The position numbers were made by a program, and so were the translations under genes. A stretch of 63,163 nucleotides of DNA, counting the filler, from Phoronis australis (Eukaryota > Animalia > Phoronida): assembly GCA_002633005.1 (NCBI GenBank). It is 4 parts of 4 records of this genome, joined end to end, with 100 filler letters (N's around TTAATTAATTAA, not from the genome) between each part and the next. Parts side by side here need not be neighbours in the genome. Positions count along the whole stretch, not along the records: positions 39,048 to 63,163 come from NMRA01000590.1; 3 more parts are not named here. One strand, written 5' to 3'. This document shows positions 52,664-63,163 of this stretch, piece after piece. Each line of letters begins with the position of its first letter. Positions within the stretch are counted from its first letter, which is position 1. The notes below the pieces were generated by a model that saw only the letters and a program-made list of their open reading frames with translations, made no database searches and had not been told where the DNA came from.

Positions 52664-53471
52664 ATTTACAACAATTTAGGACAACAAGTGCCATCATACA
52701 GCTCAGGTAACATCCATAGAGTGAAGTGAGATATACATAGAATAACGTCGGTAGCTGGTCATCACCATAGCTGCAGGGTTACAGAGCTCTGCATGTTATT
52801 CAGAGAATCAGTGGCATGCTGGTTCTGAATGGCCAATGACTATTTAATGTACAGTAACTCCTTATTGGGTTCTCTGCAGATAATACTAACAGAGTTGGCT
52901 TGGTGATTGTAGCTAATACAATGCCTATATACGTTACTTTTCTCTGAGGTGTGATGTTCTTTCAACCTGTCACAGAGGCGTCTCTGTGTGAGTACTATAT
53001 AGAATTCCTTACAGTTGTCACATTCAACCTGATACACAACATTGCTCTTGTTCAATAAAAGGATGGGTGACTTCAGTTTACACAGCATACTGGAAAGTTT
53101 CCGAAGGGGTTTGAAAACAACTATCAGTTCAACTGCTGGGTCTATGCAATGAATAAGGCGAGATAATTGGCGTCTCAATTTTATACTACTTGGCCCGGTG
53201 TAACCAAGAGAAAAGAAAACTTTCTTTTTCTCGGGTCCAATAATGTTAGTATTATCTGCAGAGAACTCAATAAGGAGTTACTGTACATTAAAGAGTTGTT
53301 GGCCATTCAGAGCCAGCATGCCACTGATTCCCTGAATAACATGCAGAGCTCAGTGACCCTGCAGCTATGGTGATGACCAGCTACCGACCTTATTCTATGT
53401 ATCTCTCACTTCACTCTATGGATGTTACCTGAGCTGTATGTTGGCACTTGTTGTCCTAAATTGTTGTAAAT

Positions 53472-53514
53472 ATGATCCTGATGATGTCTAATGAAAAGAC
53501 GAAACGTTGAATTG
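53472..53514 (+). ncRNA. Minimal type I hammerhead ribozyme motif in the Penelope pseudo-LTR
   Basis: CTGATGA, stem II gtct/agac, then GAAAC-GTT with palindromic AACGTT; stem I is weak. Confidence 0.6.
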
Positions 53515-53558
53515 AACATGAACTTTTTTATTTATGCGGCGATTGTCCGTTTTTTAAT

Positions 53559-54709
53559 TTTTTACTTGGTTAATGGAAAGTTTGAGAAGGTCACTTCTGT
53601 AATTAAGTCTCTGCAAAAATCTATAGAAACAGCCCGCGAAGAGAACGCGCTTTTACATGATTTAGTGATAAAGCTTGAATCTAAAGACGGATATCTAAAG
53701 AACCGGTCACGCCGTGACATTGTTGTGTTCCATGGGTTTGAAGAGAAAAGTGTAGACTCGAACGAGCGTGGATGGTGGGAAGAATCTGAAGAGATTATCA
53801 TGCAATTCCTGAAGAAGGATCTTCATTTAGAAAGCGTCTGTATTAAGCGCGCCCGTAGGGTTGGTCGTCGACAGCGTGGTAAAAAAAAACTATAATTGCC
53901 AAGTTTTCGTCGAAAGACAAACGCAAAGTGATGAGCAAAAAGAAGGACATAACTAATGAATCAATTCACATCTCTGAAGATTTTTCGATGAAAGTAAGAA
54001 AAGCCCGAAGGGAGCTGTACACGTTTTCAAACGAAAACAATATGGAGAAAGCAACAGTACAATTCCAAAAGCTCTATTGGCGTAAAAACAGTTTATTTAC
54101 GACGATGCAAAGAAAATGGTTAAAGAAATAAAGCAAGATACATGTATCTACAGAAATGCCTAGCAGTTTGGCCACGGCCCAGAACCTACAAGGACCAGCG
54201 AAATACGTACAACAGTCTGGAATATACACGGATTAGGTACCAAAACAGAGAACAAATGTATCAGTTGATTATTTATCTTCTTTTGATTTAGTTGGAGTTG
54301 TGGAAACTTGGGCAGCGAACAAAAACCAGTTTGATAATTTTTGCCTGGGATCATATGTTTCAGTAAAGTTAATTTAAAGAAAAAGAGGTTTGGTAGAAAC
54401 TCCGGTGGAGTATGTGTGTTTGTGATAAAATGTTTAGCTCGGTATGTAACTCGAGTGAAGTGTGATTTCGATTTTGATATTTTTCTATTAATTGAAAAGA
54501 GTTTATTGTGTACTGAAAAGGATGTATTATTCTGTTGGGTTTTCTTTTCACCGCGACAGTGTATGAAAATCAAATCGAAAAGAATGGTGTAGAATTCTTG
54601 AGAAGTGGTATTGAAGATGCCCTTTTGAATGCCCACAATGATGTATCTCTGTAGATTGCTGGCGATCTTATAATGCTAGAATTGGCAAACTCACCAATTA
54701 TATTCAAGA
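53559..54709 (+). mobile_element. Inverted 5' part of the same LINE (ORF1 plus endonuclease N-half)
   Basis: ORF1: coiled coil, NRSRRDIVVFHG, IKRARRVG, IHISEDFSMKVRKARREL. ORF2 start: WNIHGL, VVETW, GRNSGGVCVFV, GDL/NARIG. The ORF1 start probably lies at 52499, left of the Penelope insertion. Confidence 0.85.
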
Positions 54710-56149
54710 TCTTGTTTCAAATGGTGCAGTCACGCAAACTACCCTAATTCTAAAGCTTAATAAAATCATCCAGAGTCATGTATCCAAGACGATGAGCCAA
54801 ACTACTCTTAGCCGCCATAATTTACATGTATTGTGCAAAGTCACCATGTAATGACCTACTCATTGGCGATAACAAATGGGTTGAAATATCACATAGTGCC
54901 CTGAAAGGAACTTATGAGCAGAAGCCGAATTTTAAATAATGGCGCCCGTTGTATGCATACATGTACGTTATGCAAATTTATCATGCAGTTACCTGTAAAC
55001 ATTTTTCATTAAACTAATTAATCACAGAAACATGGGTGCGATTATCAATATAATTTACCCGTAGTGTCTGATACCACAGCTTTAAGCAAAAGCAGAATTT
55101 TTAACATTAAATGCCTAAATTTGCATATTTTATGCAAAATGTCAATGTATCAGCAATCAAAGTAGCTCCATTAAATTTACTGTACGCATGAACAAGGGTG
55201 TAAATATCAATATAATTTACCTGTAGTGCTCGATTTCGCAGCTACAAGCACAAGTAGAATTTACAAAAATGGCTTCTCCACTTTGCATAATTTATCGATG
55301 TATTCACATCCGCTCCATTTTATCCACTGACCATAGACACAAGAGTGAACACATCAAAATAATCTAGTTGTAGTACTTGGTAAGGAAGTTATAAGCAAAA
55401 ACAGAATTTTGCATAATGTCAGCCTTACTTTGTACATTTAAAAATGCTCACAGTTCTCATGATTACAACCCAGCTTAAATGCTTCAGGAGGGCATCTAGA
55501 CATGAAACAACCAAAAACCTTATGCTACATGTACCAAGAAGTTCTTGGTACCCATTTTTGGCTCTTAGACTACAAGATGTCAGACATCACTCAACTGTAA
55601 CAAAGAACTTCTAGTTATGAGCAAGCAACAAACTGTTTGTTATAAAATAATGACTGCACTGGCGAATAGACTGAGCTATGAGCAATTGTGTTCACGGTGG
55701 AATACGTATGATAATTATAGATTAATTTTCATATTTCGCTCTTATGAACATCTGTGTTTATGGAGCCCCACAGGTTGAATCAGTTTCAAAGACAAAATAA
55801 AATGCCACTACGGGGCACATCAGCAGACGGATCTATCGGAAAGTTTGTTTCGTTCCTTTCCAGCAATGCAGGTTGAGCACGGTAACGGGACAACCGGAAA
55901 GTCAGTCAGCTTCTGTCTCATCAATAAAAACAAATGCCAAATCCATGATCATACTCCAAGTAGGAATTTGGCTACGGGAGTTTTGGACGCTAAAATAACA
56001 AACGTCAATTTTCTTAAATTGTCTCTATTCGGTGCAGTTTATGCCTGATTCAATCAAAAATAAGCAAAATATTAACTAATACATTCATACTCAATTACGT
56101 TTCCAGGAAATCTATGAAAGGGTTTGGTACATTCCGAGGCAGGCAAACG

Positions 56150-59100
56150 ATGTAAAAATGAAAGCGCTCCGAGGAGCGAAACGGTAAGTCTGAGATAAAA
56201 ATTGTTACAATATACTTCAGAAAATTCACATGCAAAAAATTACGTCTTTTTCTCTTCTCGTTAAATATCACTCTAGCACGACTGAAAATGGGTCAACATG
56301 CGCCAGATCCGCCATCTTGTAAGCAACTTCCGGTTTTTTGGCTTTGTATAATAGCATGTCATAAGAAACTAGTACCTGTACAAATTCGAAGGAATTGGTC
56401 TTTTAATGCGCCCTCTACAGGAGAAAACGTTTTTAGGCCAAAATCGAGGTGCACATGCGCGATCGCTGATATTTCCGCCATCTTTACTCGGAAGTAAACA
56501 ATTTCCAGCACACTTGTAGAAAACTTCTGGTCCATTTATTGTGCCGATTCTTAGCCTTTTACGTAAAAAATTGTAGCGTCCAGAAGCATTTGAGCCTTTA
56601 AATGAAAACAAAATGGCCGCCACAGCCGCCATCTTGGATCCGATTTTGAGGAAAAACAATAGGCTTCCCGTACTTGCAGAAGTACGTGTTATGTGTAAAT
56701 TTTGTGATGATCGGACGAAAATTGCGACCTGTATCGTGCGAACAAACAAAAAAATGAAAGCGCTCTGAGGAGCGAAACTTGGCGAAATTAACCAAAAAGA
56801 TGACGATAAAGATGATGACGAATATGACGAATATGACGACGATGGTTGCGAGGATGAACTAAAGAAGTAATAATAACATACATATGACGAACGTAGAAGT
56901 CCAAAATCAGTAAGAAAAAGACTACAGTCTTGAGCGGCACTTGGCGAAATTAACGGAAAAGAAAAAGACGGAGATGATGACGAAGATGATGACGATGATG
57001 ACGAATATGATGATGGTGGTGGCGATGATGAACAACATCACAACATTCATATGACGAACTTAGATGTCATAAATCAATAAGAAGTGGGCTACAGTCTAGT
57101 TCAATAGAAGATAAACCAACATCAATGCAGCAAGAGCGCTCAACAAAGGAACAGCGTTATCAGAAAATCTCGAATAACTCGAAAAGTAGACGTCCTAGCG
57201 AAAAATGGGAAACATCTTCTGAAAGCCTGTTCAAAATTCTATCTAAACTGATGGTATCGTTTAATTCCGTAAATTTTTCGAAAAAAATGAAACTGCGTTT
57301 TTTTTTAAAGAAATTCAAAGTCAAATAACTCGAAAACGGTAAGTCTGAGAAAAAAATTGTAGTAGTTCATTTAAAAGAGTATACCTTAGAAAATCCACAT
57401 GCAAAAATTCACGTCATTTTCTTCTCTCGTTTAAATGGAACCTAAGTACGACTGAAAATGGGTCAACATGCTCCAGAACCGCCATCTTGAAAGCAACTTC
57501 CGGTTTTTTGGCTATGTATAATAGCATGTCATAAGAAGCTAATACTTGTAAAAATTCGAAGGAATTGGTCCCATAATACGCCCTCTACGGGAGAAAACGT
57601 TTTTAGGCCAAAATCGAGGTGCACATGCGCGATCGCCGATATTTCCGCCATCTTTAACCGGAAGTAAACAATTTCCAGAACACATGTATTGCACGTCCAG
57701 GCCATTCATTGTTCTGATTTTCAGCTCTGTACGTAAAAAATTGTAGCCTTTAGAAGCCTTTGAATCTTAAAATGAAAACAAAATGGCCGCTACAGCCGCC
57801 ATCTTGGATTTGATTTTGACGAAAAACAATAGACTTCCAGTGCTTTCGGAACTACGTGTTATGTTTAAATTTCGTGATGATCGGACGAAAATTGCGACCT
57901 GTATCGTGCGAACAAACAAAAAAATGAAAGCGCTCCGAGGAGCGAACCTTGGCAAAATTAACCAAAAAGATGACGATAAAGATGATGACGAAGATGACGA
58001 ATATGACGACGATGGTGGCGAGGATGAACAAAAGAAGTAATAAGAACATACACATGACGAACGTAGAAGTCCGAAATCACTAAGAAAAAGACTACAGTCT
58101 TGTGCGACACTTGGCGAAATTAACGGAAAAGACAACGACGGAGATGATGACGAAGATGATGACGAATGTGACAATGGTGGTGGCGATGATGAACAACATC
58201 ACAACATTCATATGATGAACTTAGATGTCATAAATCAATAAAAAATAGGCTACAGTCTAGTTTAATAGAAGATAAACCAACATCAATGCAGCAAGATCGC
58301 TCAACAAAGGAACAGCGTTATCAGGAAATCTCAAATAACTCGAAAAGTAGACGTCCTAGCGAAAAATGAAAAACATCCTCTGAAAGCCCTTTCAAAATTC
58401 TATCTAAATTGATGGTATCGCCTAATTCCGTAGATTTTTCGAAAAAAATGAAATTTTGCGTTTTTTATGAAATTCAAAGTCAAATAACTCAAAAACGGTA
58501 AGTCTGAGAAAAAATTGTTACAGGCCATTTAAAAGAACATACTTCAAAAAATCCACATGCAAAAAATCACGTCTTTTTCTCTTCCCGTTTAAAATCGCAC
58601 TCCAGCACGACTGAAAATGGGTCAACATGCGCCAGATCCGCCACTTTGAAAGCAACTTCCGATTTTTCGGTTTTGTATAATAGCATGTCATAAGAAACTA
58701 ATACCTGTAAAAATTCGAAAGAATTGGTCTGATAATGCGCCCTCTACAGGAGAAAACGTTTTTAGGCCAAAATCGAGGTGCGCATGCGCGATCGCCGATA
58801 TTTCCGCCATCTTTAACCGGAAGTAAACAATTTCCGGCATACTTGTAGCAAACTTCCGGTCCATTTACTGTGCCGATTCTTAGCCTTTTACGTAAAAAAT
58901 TGTAGCCTCCATAAGCATTTGAACCTTTAAATGGAAACAAAGTGGCCGCTACAGCCGCCATCTTGGATCCGATTTTGACCAAAAACAATAGGCTTCCAGC
59001 ACTTCCGGAAGTACGTGTTATGTGTAAATTTTGTGATGATCGGACGAAAATTGCGACCTGTATCGTGCGAACAAACAAAAAAAACAAAAAAACAAACTTA

Positions 59101-59235
59101 GTGGAAGAGCAACATACTTGGCGAAATTTATTTCGCCAAGTAAAAAACAAACTTAGTGGAAGAGCAACATACTTGGCGAAATTTATTTCGCCAAGTAAAA
59201 AACTTAGTGGAAGAGCAACATACTTAGCGAAATTT
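56150..59235 (+). mobile_element. Tandem array (about 1.16-kb period, about 2.5 units) of a Helentron/HINE-like non-autonomous element
   Basis: Anchor ggtaagtctgaga at about 56183, 57338 and 58497; internal GAT/GAC microsatellite; 3' hairpin tacttggcgaaat-tt-atttcgccaagta (59115-59142) followed by an A-run, with that terminal module repeated about 2.5 times. Confidence 0.7.
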
Positions 59236-59549
59236 AATTACACTTGCAGGCATACATGTAGCAAAGGTCGGAATGTTTAAAATTGGCGAATGCCGTTCAA
59301 CTAATGATTGACCTGCAACTTAACCGTTTGGGACATAAATAAGCTCACGCTGACGGTCGAATGGACGGTCGGACAGTTACAAATGACGGCAAAAGGAACC
59401 CCTTGCATAATTAACATCAATCCCCGGGCATGAGTACCACAAGTCGCTTTGTGCTCCTTCTTTAATGATGTTTAGTGAAATACTTGGCACTCCCACTACT
59501 TTGCACTGGATCAACGAGATCAAAACGTGGTCCCTAAGGAAAAACTTAC

Positions 59550-59692
59550 TATCAGTTACACTCACGCGTAACGTCACATTTGTGCCAGCAGTAGCCGTGT
59601 TTGATGTGGTGTACAACGCACCGTAGGAGTCATAAATATCCAGCTTCAATGTAGGAACGACTTGTACAGGGCTGACAGCCGTGACAGCTTCC
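59550..59692 (-). CDS. ZP-domain protein exon (linker, IHP and ZP-C start)
   Basis: tttttccag|G..GAT A|gtaagt, phase 2-1; EAVTAVSPVQVVPTLKLDIYDSYGALYTTSNTATAGTNVTLRVSVTD. Confidence 0.85.
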
Positions 59693-62115
59693 CTGGAAAA
59701 ATGTCAGATGTTTTAAGGCATGAAACCAGCTGGCACGCCCCGGGGAAACATGGGACGTGGCAACTAACAAATGGGCGAAGAAGAAGGAAACTATGACATG
59801 ATTCTTGGAAGTAATCTGTCCATAACTCGGGAACTGTTGCCATGAATGATTGGTTGCTGTACGCCATATACTCTGTGACATTATTGAAACATTTTGGTCC
59901 AACGAACTGTTTAACATACCGACTTGTCCAAGCTATTTGGAAGCTCAGTAAGTATAAGCTATTTTGTTCAGTAGTTTTCAAAATAAGCTGGACTCTGCAA
60001 ACTTGGTGCAACTTCTTGCCAAAACTATTTGGCAATTCAGTCAAACATTTACCTAAATAATGTGGTAGTTTTATCTAAATTTACTCAGAATTTAATGCAG
60101 TATTGTGACGCCTGTATGCATGTAAATGCCGAATTTTGGTAAAGTACTTGGACCTAAACCTGTCAAGATTCCATAGAGAATTTACCTGAATTAATGGGTT
60201 CAAATCGATAAACAAGTACATACTGGGTCGCAGCTTTGCTCGTCGAAGACTTACAAATTCAGTTACAATCTTCGAAGTCTACATCTGATTCTGAACAAAA
60301 CCTACTCAGCCATCTATACATGTACAGCTAGGTACGACTGTGTGTGAAATCCCGAAATTTCAAACAGCCAGGGTTAGCGGTCGGCGCCGGGGGGTGTGTG
60401 CAAAATCTGAGAGTCAACCGACACTCAATTTACATGTTGCAGCCGTTATAAGTGAAAAGCAATCTAATGAACGTCATTTCCTTGCACAATTCTCAGCCTT
60501 CTGTAACAATGAAAAGTATGTCGTAGTCTTGAAAACAGTGTTAGGACCTACGCTAAAATCTTGCTAAAACTTAGCGAATGGAATCCCCCAAAATACTAAT
60601 AATGCAGGTTACATTTCCACGAGCTACTTGTGACGTCATCGGACGTTTGCTACCGGAGAACCACCCCACAGTGCAGTTGAAAAGCACTACTGCAGATGAA
60701 ACCTTCCTATTTTCGTATGGGATGTTTAACGGGCACGGTACATGTACAGGATTGTTCATATTTGGGAAGAGGTGCATTTTTGAATAGGGGAACCTGTGCA
60801 TGGTGCATAACTTTGTTGGTACATATCCATCAAAAGAGATTGATTCACGCCATTTCACCACTGACTCGCTCATGTGTCTTTTCTGCACACGAGGCCGAAG
60901 GACTTATTTGCATCATCGTTGCAATACCTTGTTGCGTGTGCTCCGACCTGTTGTTATATGACGTCATATGGATGCCAGTCACGGTAATCAACGCTATTCA
61001 TCCACAAGACAGTATTGGTGTTGAATAACCAGAAAAGTGTCATTTCATAATAAATCGATCGGAAATTTCGGTCTGTGAAATATACAAGTTAAAGCACTGA
61101 ACCATTCAATGATATCAAAAGTTTGTCGGAAACAATCAATCCGGCAATATAAAAATTGAAACTATCCCTGAACCAATTCGTGCAGCTGTGTGTCGTTTTA
61201 GCTCCGTAGAATTTCTAGGTCTTTTTTCGTGCCTTAGCTTCTGGACTGTAAATAGTAGTCGCAACATGCCCCCGTGTTGATCACAGCGTTGGAAAATAAC
61301 GATGGAAACTATGCGGATTTGCAGAACTTGAGGTAAGGACTGTATGGCGAAAAGCAGATTTTACGCTACGGCCGTCAGCGGCGGAGTACTTTGAACGTTA
61401 TTATGTCACAATTTCCTGCAAAGACCTTAGCTGTCATGATGCTGTATGCATCCACAACGAAATGTTTTCGTCGAGTTAGATTTTTGGCTGAACTTGCTGG
61501 CTGTGCACGCTTCTTAGCTTCAGCTATTCATGATGATCCGGATTGAAACTTAAGCGAGGTCGAAAAATAGCCGCCTGGTCACCGTGCGTCGGAATTTTCA
61601 TCGGTATTTTTTCTGTTTTTAAAGCATTAAAACTGCTTTTTTAGGAATGACGCCTTGGGTTGATGATTTAGGTAACCCAAATGAACGAGCTCAATCCAAT
61701 TTGGCGTTGCACAGGCGAATTTAGTCGACATGGAGATGGCTCACCAACCATGAAATACGGCCTCTACCGTTGAATACGGCCTCTACCGTGGTATACGTAT
61801 TGCCTCCACTTTCCCGTAATTCATAGTTGATAACGTGACCTACCCAACACCCGTATTTTCACGCGCATAGCATAAGGAAGGGTATACAACAGAGGCATTG
61901 TGCAACCAGTCGCCTGATTGTTTAGTCAGTAGTCTGATTGTCATATACGATTTCGTTTAGCATTGCTACTACTTGCGGAGCACTTTTGGATCACCGCAGT
62001 GCTTATACATTTTTATGCACCATACGGTTCACCTACACTACTTTACAAGGCCTCTTTCCAAAATGCACTGTAAACGTAAAACAGGCAGTACAGGAGATGG
62101 AAAAGCGACCCCTTA

Positions 62116-62248
62116 CAGAGGCGGATTTAGAGGGGGGAGGCAAGGGGCCGTGGACCTAAAACTCTCCCAGATTCCATTTGGGTAAAATCCTGGCTAATAC
62201 TTTACCCTGCATGGCCCACCCTAACTAAAAATACTGGATCCGCCCCTG
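62116..62248. mobile_element. hAT5-like MITE (short variant)
   Basis: cagaggcggat..atccgcccctg; perfect 5-bp TSD cctta. Confidence 0.85.
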
Positions 62249-62408
62249 CCTTAAAGCAAATAAAAACTAGACAAGTATAAGTCGTGATCAAATTCAACGA
62301 ACGCTACGCATTCTACGATTCGGCAGCTCAAAAAATCGTGTCGGAGTAGCTGTTTTAAGATTAGTACAGCGTCAATAACCGCACAGAAGATAAAATGCAA
62401 TTACTAAC

Positions 62409-62572
62409 GTCGACGTAACGTTACTGGTTGCGGTCCCCTTGAGTATCTGTTCTCCGACGGAATTGTAAACACACGTATAGTTGTGCTTTGAGTCGGGGCT
62501 CCCAGAGATTGCACCGTTAGATAAAACTGTAGTATAAATTACGATATCCACGTTGCCTCCTCCAGTTGGTAC
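62409..62572 (-). CDS. ZP-domain protein exon (ZP-N end)
   Basis: tattttcag|GTA..AC|gttagt, phase 0-2; VPTGGGNVDIVIYTTVLSNGAISGSPDSKHNYTCVYNSVG.. with the C-x-Y motif typical of the last ZP-N cysteine. Confidence 0.85.
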
Positions 62573-62898
62573 CTGAAAATATAGTCAGAGCATGATACTC
62601 AGCGTTACTCAAGATTTTCTCATTTTTGACATGCAAGTACTGAGATGTTATAACAGGATTACCGTTCCACAGCACGACTTTTGCAATATTAACTCACAGG
62701 ATAAGTGAAGTGCAAGTATTTGCTGTTAGTAATTGCAACATAGATACGATTCATCCGTCTAGAATAGAAAAATTCTACGATATTTGTTGGGATCACTGAC
62801 TGTTGATATATATGTACTGGGACAAAGTTAATGACCCAGATGAAGCAACAATATGTTCCTAATCTAAATTTGGCAAATTTTCATGAAAAGTGACATAC

Positions 62899-62943
62899 GA
62901 TGTAGACGCGGTCAAGACATACACTGCGACTATAGGACAAAAC
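62899..62943 (-). CDS. ZP-domain protein exon (ZP-N, probable third cysteine)
   Basis: ccttgcacag|GTT..ATC|gtatgt, phase 0-0; VLSYSRSVCLDRVYI. Confidence 0.6.
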
Positions 62944-63042
62944 CTGTGCAAGGCGTTATCTAATGGATACATGTTGAAAGCCGCTGAAGGTGATTTCACA
63001 GTTGCATTCGAAGAATCTGGCATATCAAACGGGCACTGGTCA

Positions 63043-63163
63043 CCATGTTTCCGTCCCGTCCATGTTTCCGTCCCATCCATGTTTCACTCCCCTCCATGTT
63101 CCACTCCCCTCCATGTTCCACTCCCCTCCATGTTTCACTCCCCACCATGTTTCACTTCCCTCC
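63043..63163. repeat. 17-bp minisatellite running off the window end
   Basis: ccatgtt(t/c)cactcccct-like units, about 7 copies. Confidence 0.92.

Larger units (their letters stand above)
52554..53558 (-). mobile_element. 5'-truncated Penelope-like element with inverted pseudo-LTRs
   Basis: GIY-YIG remnant NVVYQVECDNCKEFYIVLTQRRLCDRLKEH (52840-53178); 315-bp inverted arms at 52577-52891 and 53244-53558; flanking duplication tttttacttg. Confidence 0.9.

Noticed and set aside
57767-58174. Asp/Glu-rich and Ser-rich ORFs (also 56369-56795 and 58698-59280)
   Set aside because: Translations of the GAT/GAC microsatellite and body of the tandem repeat; frames are not conserved between units.
59094-59235. 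Palindromic repeats resembling a CRISPR array
   Set aside because: The intervening sequences are identical rather than unique spacers, there are no cas genes, the context is eukaryotic, and it is explained as a Helentron-like 3' end.
59377-59549. Intron read-through LISLIQCKVVGVPSISLNIIKEG looks like a Cys-containing ZP-C strand
   Set aside because: It follows a perfect gtaagt donor and has no phase-2 donor after KEG to join the next exon. Probably chance, though RNA-seq could test for retention.

Overview
AT-rich animal genomic DNA from a scaffolded draft assembly with five N-gaps. The repeat content suggests a marine invertebrate (inference). It is not prokaryotic: there are no operons, rRNA/tRNA genes or CRISPR arrays, and almost all ORFs in the supplied track are spurious. 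By hand I could splice a minus-strand gene of 10 phase-compatible exons (62943 down to 37680; 5' exons lie beyond the window). It encodes a ZP-domain-like extracellular protein with a furin-type RLRR site, and its ZP-C appears to have lost the C5-C7 cysteine pair. A separate plus-strand terminal exon (20563-20772) encodes a canonical EF-hand followed by a strongly cationic amphipathic tail. Most other recognisable sequence is decayed transposable elements: three Sola3-like remnants (one with both termini and a TTAA TSD), a Kolobok remnant (KolX plus convergent transposase), a hAT5-like MITE family with 5-bp TSDs, a 5'-inverted CR1/L2-group LINE hosting nested Harbinger-like, MITE and Penelope insertions (the last with minimal hammerhead motifs), a tandem Helentron-like array, and several minisatellites. 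One minisatellite has amplified a splice donor of the ZP gene. All family assignments come from motif recognition by eye, not from database searches.
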